Source: Eledone cirrhosa
Lineage: Eukaryota
Direction: 5' to 3'
Length of the DNA stretch: 64,000 nt
Assembly: GCA_964016885.1 (NCBI GenBank)
Contig: OZ024746.1
Span: 51,832,001-51,896,000 of the forward strand
Shown here: piece after piece, positions 1-15,096 of the stretch
Numbering within the stretch: position 1 is the stretch's first letter
Layout: each line of letters starts with the position of its first letter
Translations under genes and position numbers: made by a program
The notes under the pieces: generated by a model
What the model was told of the DNA's origin: nothing
The model's input: only the letters and a program-made list of their open reading frames with translations
The model's database searches: none

Positions 1-320
1 TCTCCACAAAATTCCGTAAGATGACCATTTCCAGCTAGCCTCGTCTCAGATAAAGCCACGATGTCAAGATCGTAACGTCGAAGCTCCTTTGCAACAAGAG
101 CGGTCCTTCGTTCAGGACGCCCCAAGGAATCCTTGTCAAGCAGCGTCCGTACGTTCCAGCAGCCAAGACTAAATGCCTTGTTTGGCTCTATTACAATGGC
201 ACGATGACGAGCGGGCCCAGGCTGTGATAACCTGGGGCCCCTGCCCTTATTGCCAATGATCTTTTTTGTTCCAGAACCTAAATTGCCAATTATCTCTTTT
301 ATATTGTTCTGGAACATCAT
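1..320 (-). CDS. N-terminus of RTE-clade LINE ORF (APE-type endonuclease), runs off window edge
   Basis: Manual translation from ATG at 320: MMFQNN...AFSLGCWNVRTLLDKDSLGRPERRTALVAKELRRYDLDIVALSETRLAGNGHLTEFCG. The WNVRTL / RPERRTALVA.EL.RY / ALSETRL motifs are typical of RTE/BovB endonucleases. Confidence 0.88.
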   Translation of the reverse strand, partial: MMFQNNIKEIIGNLGSGTKKIIGNKGRGPRLSQPGPARHRAIVIEPNKAFSLGCWNVRTLLDKDSLGRPERRTALVAKELRRYDLDIVALSETRLAGNGHLTEFCG

Positions 321-696
321 TGAATTGGAAGAAAAAAAAAAAAAAAAAAAAAGTAATAATAATAGTAATAATAATAATAATAATAATAGTTCACTATTAA
401 TTATTATTAATGCACTCGTGCAATGCCTGTGCGTGACGAATATTTTTAAAGTGAGGAAAGATTGTGCACTGAGCTAAATCCCACTCTCTGAGCGACAGTA
501 GCTATAACCCGAAAAGAAGAAAAGATCAACATCATCGGTAACTACTGAGCCGCAGGTTTTATGTCGGAGTTAACCCAGTTTCCTGAGATGCCTTTTCCTA
601 GAAGAATGCCCTGACAAGGGCTAGAGGTTCTTCACTCCCAGTGGTTTAACTGCGCGATCGGGCATCCAGCCCGATTATTTCTATGTCCCCGCGCGC
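321..696 (-). mobile_element. Probable 5' UTR of the RTE element, interrupted by T-run and (ATT)n
   Basis: Directly upstream of the RTE ORF. Contains CTCTAGCCCTTGTCAGGGCA...CTAGG.AAAGG...AAACC, resembling RTE 5' UTR motifs, and several GC hairpins (ATCGGGC/GCCCGAT). Confidence 0.5.
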
Positions 697-820
697 AAAA
701 AAAAAAAAAAAAATCACTTATTGACACTTATACGTACGACACACACACGCGCATACATATGCGCGCACACAGCAACACTCATACATACAAACAAACACAC
801 GCATGCTACTCTACTCACTT

Positions 821-856
<36 letters not shown>

Positions 857-984
857 TACCGTCATTACTGATACAAGATTACAAGATTATGTCAACTGTT
901 GACTTTCAAGAGTTTGTATAGTTGAAGCCGATCGTACTACAGTCCAGTATTATTATAATTGCTTTACAGCACAGAGTCACGGCC

Positions 985-1098
985 CTCCACGCCCTGAGCT
1001 CAAATCCCGCCGAGGTCAACCCTCCCTTTCATCCCCACGGAGTCAACCAAAGAGAGTACCAGTGATGCGCTGGGCCAGTCGCTGGATCCGTGCCAAAA
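985..1098 (+). mobile_element. SINE fragment (family 1)
   Basis: CTGAGCTCAAATCCCGCCGAGGTCAAC...TTTCATCC...AGTACCAGT...GTGCCAAAA is shared with copies at 5693, 32564, 38425 and 39270. Confidence 0.7.
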
Positions 1099-1280
1099 GC
1101 ATATATATATATACATAGATATGTACATATATATATATATTACATATAAATAAATATACATATATATATTTACATTTATATATATATATTACATATATAT
1201 AAATATGTGTATATACACACACACGCTTTTCGCTGCAGTGTTTTCTATACCTTTCATTTATATATATATATATATATATA

Positions 1281-1472
1281 ACGAAGGAAATGTGGTAAGG
1301 AACCAGGTGGACCATAACGCACCAAAGTACTCAATACTTGAGGTAGTAGAGTGGGTAATAGGAACCAGTAAGACCCTGACAGCTGAGCTCAAGCCGTTTC
1401 GACGGCTAATTCTGGGTCCAGAATTAGCCGTCGAAACGGCTTGAGCTCAGCTGTCGGGGTCTTACTGGTTCC

Positions 1473-1475
<3 letters not shown>
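1281..1475. mobile_element. Tail+hairpin fold-back element, copy 1, in (TA)n
   Basis: ~77-bp unique segment, then 58-bp inverted arms (1358-1415 / 1418-1475, one T-G mismatch). Homologous copies at 33711 and 41069. Confidence 0.85.
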
Positions 1476-1503
<28 letters not shown>

Positions 1504-1584
1504 GGAATATAATGAAACGAAATTTCATTTTTCACTCTTAGTACGGCACTTACTTAGATGTAAGTATGTATGTATACATACATA

Positions 1585-1620
<36 letters not shown>

Positions 1621-1624
<4 letters not shown>

Positions 1625-1864
1625 AGTTAATATAAATTAATATATATGATAAACACAAATACCTACATATAAGTGTTTGTATTGTAAATGACTAAGTTAG
1701 CTAACTTACAATAGTCATTTACAATACAAACACTTATATGTTGGTATTGGTGTTTATCATATATATTAATTTATATTAACTTGTATTACACGGCTCAGAA
1801 ATACTTCTTTCTTTGAGCTATTTCATTGTAAAGGACTGTTTGAGTTTAGAACTCGTTATTCATA

Positions 1865-1865
<1 letters not shown>
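1621..1865. mobile_element. Unrelated fold-back element with the same architecture (hairpin + ~80-bp tail) in (TA)n
   Basis: Inverted arms ~1621-1694 / 1712-1785 with few mismatches, then unique 1787-1865. (TA)n on both sides. Confidence 0.75.
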
Positions 1866-1896
<31 letters not shown>

Positions 1897-1898
<2 letters not shown>

Positions 1899-4399
1899 TA
1901 GCAGAAGTATCCGGCGTTGCCCGGGTGTAAGTCGACCTTTGGTCTGTTAGAATGTGTGAAAGTTACTTCCCGCGCATCACAGGTTCAAAACTTCGAACTT
2001 CAATGAAAAAAAATAGGTTTGTAGACACAGGTGTGTAATTTATTAATTGTAGTTACACAGTGTATCGTTCAAATTGTTCTCTGCACGACTGACGGAAGTC
2101 AAAATCGCTTGATATTGAATGTTCAGTTAATTTAAAGCAGGGTGAAAATGTCGATTACTTTCAGGTTTTTTTTTTTTTACAATTTTTGCGCTCACATGTG
2201 CAGAAGAAGAATTAAAAGGGCCTTTATCTTAACCGGGGCATAATGGCGAGTCTTTTGTGACAGTTTTCAAGAATATAGGACGTTCCTGTAAAAAGTTTTC
2301 CCATGTGTAACTTTGCCTTGTTTTTTTGCGCAAAGTCGAGCCCCGCTTCAGTTTTATTGATTTTTTACATCAATGCGTGATCTCTGAAGTAGATTTGAGT
2401 AGCTAAAAACCTGTCCCGGTAAATTTGCTATAGGTGAAAAAAAGTTGATCAAAATTGTATCTAGGGTTATTGCCCTTTGCCACAGCCTCAAGCCTCGTCT
2501 GACGGGATGTTGGTGATTCCTCCGTCAGCGCTTGTTGGCGACGAAGGCGAACATCAGCAAGCCTTGTCGTACGTGATGTTGGTGACTCAACCAGCCGGGA
2601 AAGACGTCTATCAACGAGTCGATATTCGCGCTCAGCAGGTGTTTCCTAGAGAAAATTAATTAATTCTACTGGTTAGCTAAGCCAATGGCAGTGTCAATAG
2701 TAAATGAGAAAAGTCTAACATGAACAAAAGGGAATCAAGGTAAGACAATAAATTTAATATAACTACGATTAGAATGTTGTAGTTGCTTAAAAGTGGTGAC
2801 AGTTAGGATAAACGCAGTACTTGCTAACATTAAGGGTGAATATGCACAATGGATTAATCAATTGTGAATGAACTCATACCTGAGAACGCCTAATTCGTTG
2901 TCTCAAAGCAGTAGCTGTACCTTTTTTGGAGGTAAGTCTTGAACGTTTCCGTGTGGGCATAACGACGTGTAACGAAGCTGTTAGGTTAGAGAGAAGTGAT
3001 TAAATAGGGAGAGAGATGACACCAGATTCGTTAGCATGGTTACTGGTGAATGGGAGGGTTTGGAAATATGATTACAATAACTTACCGAATTTTCCGGTCT
3101 ATAAATTGCACTTAAAATAATTAAATTTAATCAAAAAACAGCTCTGCGCTTTATACTCCGGTGAGCCTTATGTATAAATAATACAATGGTAATCAATCAC
3201 GGCTCTAACAGAAGTAATAGATCTAGACTAAAAGTAAAGAAGATAGCATTTTCCTGGTTGGCCTTACACGCCGTGGCGCGGACCTGATTTTAAATGATAC
3301 GCCTTATATCCTGGTGAGCCTTATAGAGCGGAAAATATCTATTGGAAAAGAATACAAATTCATGACCAAGGTGTGACAAAATAGGCGTCTATACAGCGCC
3401 TGAAACAAACTTGTCCAAAACCCTAGGATTTTTCTCGTTAAGTATCCACCCAAAAGGAACCGTTTTTTAGTTACAAAAAATAACCAAAGTGTATAGTAGC
3501 TATATTTCTGACATATCATGCCAAAAAGAACAATATATTCAAAAAATGTTCTAAAGTACATTCAATCTCTCTTTTTGACCGATATCTTAATAAGCAAGTT
3601 ATCGATTTTTATTGGCTGTCAGTGTCTATCTGCATGCAGGTGTGCACGTGTGCGCAATTAATTGCAAATACGCTCATAACATTTAGTCGTAAGCAGAACA
3701 AAAAGTGCCATTAGAGGTGGGCTAATAATGAAGACACAAACCCTGGTGAACTTACGTTTAAACACCCGAAAAGTTACTCACTTCCTGTGCAAAAGACTGT
3801 ATTATAAATTAAGTAATTTTTTAGAATCTTTTGTTTAAAAAAGGAAAACATTTGTACGTACGTAACATTTTTTACAACTTTGTATGTGTACAATACAACT
3901 TGGTCAACGTATTATTTAGTAATTTTTTTTTTTAAAAAGCATGATTATTTAAGACTGTTTGAAAATTTACTCACAGCTTTTAGCATCACAAAAGACACCA
4001 TTAAATTTGGTTCCCTTTTCAGATAGGGATAATACTGTATTTCCACTTGAATAAGGTGGAATATGAAAAGATAAACTCTTTAATGGTCGGTCGTTTGCTG
4101 AGACAGCTGGGAAGACATGCAGCTGGCCGTCCAATCAATAACGCACGTCCTTATATGGGCATATGAAATTTATTTTTATTGCGCCAGATGTAAACTAAGA
4201 GTTCTTGTGTTCGAATTCACATAAAATTTCATTGGAATCGAAAAATATTCTGTCATAGGGCCCGATTATCGATTTTTCGAAAATGTCAAGTAGCCTATTC
4301 CACTCTACGCATTGAGTTTTATATATGTGTGAGGTTTCATGAAAATTGGATGAACGGTGTAGCATGCAAGTTCCAAACACCAAACAATGTCCATCTTCC

Positions 4400-4403
<4 letters not shown>
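1897..4403 (+). mobile_element. Non-autonomous Helitron/Helentron-like (HINE/DINE-1-type) element
   Basis: Starts ACTAGC...CCGGCGTTGCCCGGG (terminal hairpin), has subterminal TTTCATGAAAATTGG, and ends CAAACA...CCCTTTATATA. A similar start occurs at 42430. Boundaries are approximate. Confidence 0.5.
3083..3341. mobile_element. Degenerate MITE (Tc1/mariner-like, TA-flanked) nested in the element above
   Basis: TIR-like ends TACCGAATTTTCCGGTCTATAA ... TTATAGAGCGGAAAATATCTA; internal repeated C(C/T)GGTGAGCCTTAT. Confidence 0.5.
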
Positions 4404-4700
<297 letters not shown>

Positions 4701-4928
4701 ATATCTGTGTCCGTTTGTGTCTATGTGTATGTGCACAATAGAGGCGTATACAATATGAATTTGTATAATAAAGATATATAAGACTCGCTATGAGCATTCT
4801 GAAATGTGATCATGCCACAGCTACGTAACTAGCCGTGTGCGAACGCCAGACACTTCGGTGACCTTTACTCATTAGGTACTGGAACAAAGTAAGCTATGAG
4901 TTATATATACTTTGCTTATGATATATAT

Positions 4929-5235
4929 GAAGGTGCATGGCTTAGTGGTTAGATAATTATGTTTACAATCAGTAGTTGTGAGTTCAATTCTCGGACTGTG
5001 TGATGATACTTTATTTCACGTTGCTCCAGTTTACTCAGCTGTAGAAATGAGTTGCGACGTCACTGGGGGCGAAGCTGTATCGGCCTTCGCCTCTCCCTTA
5101 GACAACATCGGTGGCGTGGAGAGGGAGACTGGTATGAATGGGCGACTGCTAGTTCCCCAAACCACCTTTCCCAGACCTGTTCATCGGAGGGAAACTTTCC
5201 AGATGCAAATCCCATGATCACTCATCACAGAAGGC
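4929..5235 (+). mobile_element. tRNA-derived CORE-type SINE (family 2)
   Basis: A box TGGCTTAGTGG, B-box-like GAGTTCAATTC, CORE-like ACTTTATTTCACGTTGCTCCAGTTTACTCAGCTGTAGAAATG. Copies at 47604 and 48586. Confidence 0.8.
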
Positions 5236-5692
5236 GAGGTTATGGTATATACAACTCCATTATGAACCATGCTATGTGAGAGCTACTGCTAATTACTCAT
5301 AGCTAGTCAAGCTCCCAATATATGTAAACACATATCTCCAACAAATGCTTCACACGAAAAAATTATATAAGCTATAGCATATTTTTTTGTCTCAGTACCG
5401 AGTGAGTTACCATTACCGATGATGGATAAAAATCCTGAAATACTAGTTCCTGGCATTCCCAAACGGTGACTAAGAGAGCTGGACTAAGAGACATGGTCAC
5501 AGCATAAACACTCAACGAAAGGCTTACATAACAAGCCTGCAACACGCATCTAATTTATTCAACTATTTACCAAACACAGAACAGTTCCATTATATAACAC
5601 CTATACAACACCAACTCCCAGAAAATATTTACAACAGATCAATCTTTTATTTCATTTCCCCTAAAAGACAATAACAGTAGACCTTAAAATAA

Positions 5693-5850
5693 TGGGTTCT
5701 GATTTAAGCACAAGGTCAACAAATTTGGGGGAGGGGAAAATCGATGTATTACTGGTACTCTATTTTATCGACCCTATAAGGATGAAAGGCAAAGCTAACC
5801 GCCACGGTATTTGAAATCAGAACGTAAAGGATCAGAAATAAATGCTGAAA
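5693..5850 (-). mobile_element. SINE family 1 fragment
   Basis: GCACAAGG...ACTGGTACT..TTTTATCGACCCTATAAGGATGAAAGGCAAAG is nearly identical to 32564-32740. Confidence 0.75.
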
Positions 5851-5926
5851 TATATATATAGTATTAAGGATACTATTTATGGTTATGTATATACTAAAAC
5901 TTTTATAGTTATATATACTTTAAACA

Positions 5927-9949
<4,023 letters not shown>

Positions 9950-10193
9950 TTTTCTTTATTAACCACAAGGGTTCACATAAAGTAGACATTAAGGACAGTA
10001 CAGGACAATACAGGACGGTACAAATGGGCATTTCTGCGTGTAAAAAAAAACAGAGGTTGAAATAAAATAACAAAGAAAAATTCCCCAATAGGGGGGAGAC
10101 TTCCAAGGGACATTTGTGGAGAAAGCCCATTAAAAGACCACAGTGGCCCTGACCACCAGGGCAAGTGCCCTCTCCCAGTTTTCCACCTTTAAT

Positions 10194-13100
10194 TTACAGA
10201 CACATACTCAGAGAAGGCCCATTCATTCGGGCCATACTTGCTTCTCTCACCCATCTTTCAACAAAATGCTGGGAAGAGAGCACTTCCCTCTCTACCCTGA
10301 TTTTCCTTTTCAAATGAAATTTGAAAAAGTTAATCAGGGCATCACCGAAGAGGTAAGTGCTCGTCTTCAGCCCTTTCAAACGTGTCCACCATACTATCTC
10401 TTTCGCCATGGCCACCAGACAGATAAAAACTGCCTGCCCTTCCAGGCTAAAGGAAGGGGGCGGGGCAATCCTCACGATGGACTCAGCTGATAGCTGGATC
10501 CGTCCTACACTTGACAGCAGGTGTTCGACATAAACCCACAAGTCAGCAATGCTCGGACACTGGACGAGTGCGTGCAGGACGGTTTCGTCGCCCTGCGCGC
10601 ATCTCGGACATGTCCGGCTGACGGCACCTCCATGCCTGTAGAGTTTATCCCGAACTGGCAAAGCTCCTCGGTAGCACTGCCAGGCCAGGGATTTCTGGAA
10701 GTTGTCCATAGGCCCCGGCCCGAAAGTCCTTCCGAAGAGATTGGCTAGTTGATTTTCGTCGACGCATAGAGTTTCTCCAAGTACGTCGTCGCTCTTCCCC
10801 TCCACTAATCCCCTATAGAACGCCAAGGTGGAGTTTCCACCGATCACATTGCCCGATTGGTCGAGGGCTGTGAGCGCCTGAAGACATTCCAGTCTCCAAG
10901 CGCTCCCTCTCGGTCTTCGCTTGACCCAGGACTGCAGCTCCGTCAAGGAGACGAGCTGGGGAAAAACGTGTCTTGCAAACGGCGACCACACCTGATCACC
11001 GTCGAGGAAGAGGTGGAGATGTCGTAGCCTGAGCGCGTGTCTGCGCATCATCAGCCACGGCATGCCCAGCCCTCCACGTAGCGGGTGTTGACAGCAGATG
11101 GACCGCCTGACCATCGGAGCGCGTCCCTTCCACAAGAAGCGAAAGAGCAAACGCTCCAGCGCAGTCAGGCGGGGCTTAGGACAAGGTACGACGGTCAGGC
11201 GGTAGTAGATGACGGATGCGATGTACGCATTCGCCACCTCCGCTCGACCTTTCAGGGATAGCTTCCTCTCGGCCCATTTCTGGGTGAGAGAAGCCACCCT
11301 GCTCGTCACCTCGTCCCAGTTTTTGTCCGTCTGGAGGTCTGGACCGAACCAGACCCCTAGCAATTTAACCGGTCCGTCCGTCCAGCGCCCGACGACGCTG
11401 TTGGACGGCATGGACCTGCCTCTCCAGGTGCCGAGCTGCAGGCCCACTGACTTTTCCTGGTTGATCATTGCTCCTGTCACCGCTTCGTATTCTCTTAGTG
11501 TAGTGCCGATCGCCTCGATGTGTTTGGCGTTCGACACCACTACGGTGACATCGTCGGCATATGCTGACACGGATCTTCCGCATCCTAGTTCGCGCGGGAC
11601 CCCCCTCAACGTCTCCAGTTTGTGCAGTAATGGCTCGAGAGTCAATACGTACAATAGGGACGAGAGGGGACATCCTTGGCGGACCGAGCGCATGATGTTG
11701 AACGGTTCCGAAAGGTGACCGTTCACTCTCACTACAGAGCAGATGTCGCTGTGCATGGCAGCGATCCAGCCTCTGAAGACGGGCCCAAAGCCAGCCGTCC
11801 TCAGGACTGCCGCTAGGTAACGATGGTCGACCCTATCGAAGGCTTTCGACTGATCTAAATTTATCAAAGACCCACCCGTGCCAGGTTCCCTAGCTACCCT
11901 CTCTACGATGTATCGCATGAGGTGGAGGTTGTCGTGGATGGATCTGTCGGGAATGGCACATGTCTGTGCCTCTCCCACCAGACCACCAACGACAAGCGCC
12001 AACCTCTTTGCTAGCACCTTGGCCAAAATCTTGAACTCTGTGTTTAGCAGAGTTATGGGCCTAAAATTATCTATGTTATCCCCCTTGTTCGGATCCTTTC
12101 TCAGCAGCGCCACCGCTCCTCGGCTCACAGAGCTGGGAATTCTCCCGTTCTGTTGCCAGTTGCAGTAGACGTCCGCCAAGAGGCCTCCGAACAAGTTTGG
12201 CATTTGTACGTAAAGTTCATAGGGCAGACCATCCAAACCAGGCGATTTACCCCTTGTGCAACTAGTCATTGCATCCCGTACTTCAGCGGTTGTTATCGGC
12301 TTTTCGCAACACTCCGCCTCAGTGGCCGAAAGCCGCGGCAGTCCGTCGAGGTAGACACTAAAGTCCATCCCTCGATCCGGCCCGCCACTGCCCCCGAACA
12401 GTTGAGCGAAGTGTTGCTGAAAAGCTTCACACATTTGCCCGGGATCGAGTAGTATGCGCCCGTCGTGGTCCACCAAAGACCGGATCGTGGCTTTGTTGCC
12501 ACGACGCGCCTCCGCCACTCGGGCCCATTGAACGGCTTTCGACCCCTCGTGTCTGAGAGCACGCACCCTAGCTCTGACAACGCAGCCTTCGTGCTTTGCA
12601 TTGAAGAATTGGTCAAGGGCCAATTTCGCCGCAAGCACGTCGGTCGCGATGCCTTTGCTAAGCGCCTCATCTAATTTTCTAACTAATTCTCCCTCTGCTC
12701 TATTTTTCTCTATTGCTAAAGTCTTACTAAACCTAATGGACTCTATTCTAATTGCTCTTTTCAGAGCAAACCACCACTTGTTGTTGACGATGGCCCCCGT
12801 CAACGCCCGCTTAACTAGTTCGCTAATCCGGTCTCTGTAGGCCTTGCGCGCTGGTAAGGACGCGTTTAACTTCCAGTAGCCGGGTCCTCGTCTATGAAGC
12901 CTATCTAAGTCAAGCACACAGATCACGAATTTGTGGTCCGTGTAGCTGACTATCTTGAATTGTGGACAGCCTATGCTAGACCTATCTATTTCCCTACAAA
13001 ATACTCTATCTAGATATGATCTGGATGACCCTATGCGATTTGTCCAAGTCCACATTGGTACATTCGGGAAATCCATTCGGTACCTGTCAGACAGTTCAAA

Positions 13101-13613
13101 ACGTCTGAGCAGGTTGGTGAGACTCTTGCACCCTCCTTCCCTATCCACTAATCCCACACAATCCCAGCGTGCATCTAAGATCCCGTTCCAGTCGCCCACT
13201 AACACTAAAGAGCGGGACGTTCCAAGAAAGGTCTCCAGACGCCGGAAGAAATCAGGCCGCCCTGCTCCTGTCGGGGCATAGACGGCCACTAACCTGAAAG
13301 CTTGCCCGTCTCCGCTGGTCACGTCCAGCGCCACCAACTTACCTTCTGGGTCCAGGAAGATGGCCCGTATGGCAAGATCCAAACCTCTCCGAAAAAGCAC
13401 AGCAACTCCTCCCCCCGATCCCGGACGGCTGGGAGATGCGTACACATCGTAGCCGCCGAAGATCGGAGCGAAAGCCTGTGCTTCGGAGATTCTGGTCTCG
13501 CTGATGGCCACTACATCTATGTTTAGTGACCTGAGGTCGTTGAGCAGGTGGCCCTGCTTCCATGACGACCCCAAGCCACGCGCATTTATGCTGCCTATTC
13601 TGAGTGAGGTCAT
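10194..13613 (-). CDS. Tx1-type ORF2: APE endonuclease, reverse transcriptase, C-terminal CCHC
   Basis: 1139 aa: SINARGL, SETR, VYAP, GDWN, YLDR, TDH (EN); KSPGLDG, FRPITLLN, DQSKAFDRV, RQGCPLS, YADD (RT); CPRC..ETVLHALVQC. Confidence 0.96.
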   Translation of the reverse strand: MTSLRIGSINARGLGSSWKQGHLLNDLRSLNIDVVAISETRISEAQAFAPIFGGYDVYASPSRPGSGGGVAVLFRRGLDLAIRAIFLDPEGKLVALDVTSGDGQAFRLVAVYAPTGAGRPDFFRRLETFLGTSRSLVLVGDWNGILDARWDCVGLVDREGGCKSLTNLLRRFELSDRYRMDFPNVPMWTWTNRIGSSRSYLDRVFCREIDRSSIGCPQFKIVSYTDHKFVICVLDLDRLHRRGPGYWKLNASLPARKAYRDRISELVKRALTGAIVNNKWWFALKRAIRIESIRFSKTLAIEKNRAEGELVRKLDEALSKGIATDVLAAKLALDQFFNAKHEGCVVRARVRALRHEGSKAVQWARVAEARRGNKATIRSLVDHDGRILLDPGQMCEAFQQHFAQLFGGSGGPDRGMDFSVYLDGLPRLSATEAECCEKPITTAEVRDAMTSCTRGKSPGLDGLPYELYVQMPNLFGGLLADVYCNWQQNGRIPSSVSRGAVALLRKDPNKGDNIDNFRPITLLNTEFKILAKVLAKRLALVVGGLVGEAQTCAIPDRSIHDNLHLMRYIVERVAREPGTGGSLINLDQSKAFDRVDHRYLAAVLRTAGFGPVFRGWIAAMHSDICSVVRVNGHLSEPFNIMRSVRQGCPLSSLLYVLTLEPLLHKLETLRGVPRELGCGRSVSAYADDVTVVVSNAKHIEAIGTTLREYEAVTGAMINQEKSVGLQLGTWRGRSMPSNSVVGRWTDGPVKLLGVWFGPDLQTDKNWDEVTSRVASLTQKWAERKLSLKGRAEVANAYIASVIYYRLTVVPCPKPRLTALERLLFRFLWKGRAPMVRRSICCQHPLRGGLGMPWLMMRRHALRLRHLHLFLDGDQVWSPFARHVFPQLVSLTELQSWVKRRPRGSAWRLECLQALTALDQSGNVIGGNSTLAFYRGLVEGKSDDVLGETLCVDENQLANLFGRTFGPGPMDNFQKSLAWQCYRGALPVRDKLYRHGGAVSRTCPRCAQGDETVLHALVQCPSIADLWVYVEHLLSSVGRIQLSAESIVRIAPPPSFSLEGQAVFICLVAMAKEIVWWTRLKGLKTSTYLFGDALINFFKFHLKRKIRVEREVLSSQHFVERWVREASMARMNGPSLSMCL

Positions 13614-13647
13614 GTTGAAAAGGAGTGGAAAAGATGGGAAAGACCAC

Positions 13648-15096
13648 TTACCTTACTTCTCGTAGGGGAAGGACGGCTTTTCCATCCTTTTCACTGCTTA
13701 TGGCCTCCTCAGGAAGGATGTCCTTATAAATCCTCCTGGAGAGTGCTTGTCGGAAGTCTCCGATGTCTTTGGGGAATTTTTGTTTTAGTGTCATGTACGT
13801 TTTCTGTGTGATGCGAGTGATTTGTATGTGTGGAGGTGGTGTGAATTTTGGGGTTGTTGTGTAGTCTTTTTCTGTGATGCTGGTGTTGTGTTGGATGTAG
13901 TGTAATAATTGCTTGTTGTTCAAATTTAATGCTGTGTAGTGTGTATCGTTTTGGTTGTTTTGTTTTGTTTGCGTTTGTTGTGGGTTTGTTTCTGTTTCGT
14001 ATTTTGGTGACTTTTGTGGTGTAGGTGATGGTGGTGCTGGGGATAATGATGGTGATGGTGTTGGTGTTTGGGTTGATGGGGTTGGTGATGCTGGTGTGGA
14101 TGGTGGCATATCTGTCCTAACTTTTTTGTTTCTTAGTTTATTTGTTTCCCTCTGTATTTTGTTTTTGGAGGGGGAAGGAAGAGAATTTTTTCTTTTTTGG
14201 TTTCTTTTTTTTTTTCCGGATATCGTTTCCCACTCCTCGTCGTCACAATCTGTCTCCAGTTGTGATAGGCCGGGGAGTGGAAAATCCTCCACAGCCGTTA
14301 GTTTTGGTTGTGGTGTGGTGGATGGTGTAGGCGCTGGTGCTTGTTCTGAAGCGTTGGGTGGTGGTGGTGTTGGTTTTGCTGGTGGTGGTAGTGGTGTTGG
14401 TTTTGCTACTGTTGCTGGGGTTGTTGCTGTTATAGTTGCTTCTGTTGTTGCTGCTACAGTTGTTGCTGGCATCTCTGCTACTGGTGGTGTTGATGGTTGT
14501 GTCACTGGGGTGGGTAGGAGAGGTGGCCTCAACCTTTTAGCCTGAGGGCAGAAAGCCCTTAGGTGGGTTCCTTCACCACAAACGACACACCTAGGTCTTC
14601 TGCCCTCGACAATTACCGTGAGGTGGCTGCCGTCAGTGAGGTCTATTACCTCTGGGATCTCCTCAATGCTTTTTTGGTCCGCTTGGATCAGGAGCTCCAT
14701 CCCAGATCCGGACCAGTTTTCCTGCTTTTCTTTTGCTATTGTTATTATTTTCGTGTTGGCCTCGATGCCGGCGATGACAGCCGCTATTAGCCAGGGAATT
14801 TCGATGGCCGGTGGAACGTGGGTCACCCTGATCTTTACGAGTCTCTGGCCACAATAGCTTGGGACGAGTGTGAAGTCGTCACTTTTTAATGGGGCCATGG
14901 AGTGTTCTCTAGCCTCCTCTGGTGTTTCAAAGAACACATCCACGGTTCCATACTTTTGCCCACGTCTGATGTGGGTTTTTCTTGCCCACACATGTCCCAA
15001 AGCTTTTTGGATTTGGGACTCGGATGCCCGTTCCACTCGGCGCGATTTTACATTTATTGTTCTATACGACACGGTGCACAGGCGCCGATGCTCCAT
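13648..15096 (-). CDS. Tx1-type ORF1 (gag-like, zinc knuckle, Pro/Thr-rich tail)
   Basis: 482 aa with CVVCGEGTHLRAFC (CX2CX4HX4C) directly upstream of ORF2. Confidence 0.85.
   Translation of the reverse strand: MEHRRLCTVSYRTINVKSRRVERASESQIQKALGHVWARKTHIRRGQKYGTVDVFFETPEEAREHSMAPLKSDDFTLVPSYCGQRLVKIRVTHVPPAIEIPWLIAAVIAGIEANTKIITIAKEKQENWSGSGMELLIQADQKSIEEIPEVIDLTDGSHLTVIVEGRRPRCVVCGEGTHLRAFCPQAKRLRPPLLPTPVTQPSTPPVAEMPATTVAATTEATITATTPATVAKPTPLPPPAKPTPPPPNASEQAPAPTPSTTPQPKLTAVEDFPLPGLSQLETDCDDEEWETISGKKKRNQKRKNSLPSPSKNKIQRETNKLRNKKVRTDMPPSTPASPTPSTQTPTPSPSLSPAPPSPTPQKSPKYETETNPQQTQTKQNNQNDTHYTALNLNNKQLLHYIQHNTSITEKDYTTTPKFTPPPHIQITRITQKTYMTLKQKFPKDIGDFRQALSRRIYKDILPEEAISSEKDGKAVLPLREVR

Noticed and set aside
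1205-1444. Similar peptide (VVRNQ.DHNAP.YSI..VVEW.IG...KPFRRL) in tail+hairpin copies 1 and 3
   Set aside because: The start lies in microsatellite, copy 2 is frameshifted, and DNA homology alone explains the similarity.
4929-5010. tRNA gene (also 47604, 48586)
   Set aside because: A/B boxes belong to SINE heads; no cloverleaf, and the sequence continues into a CORE-like body.
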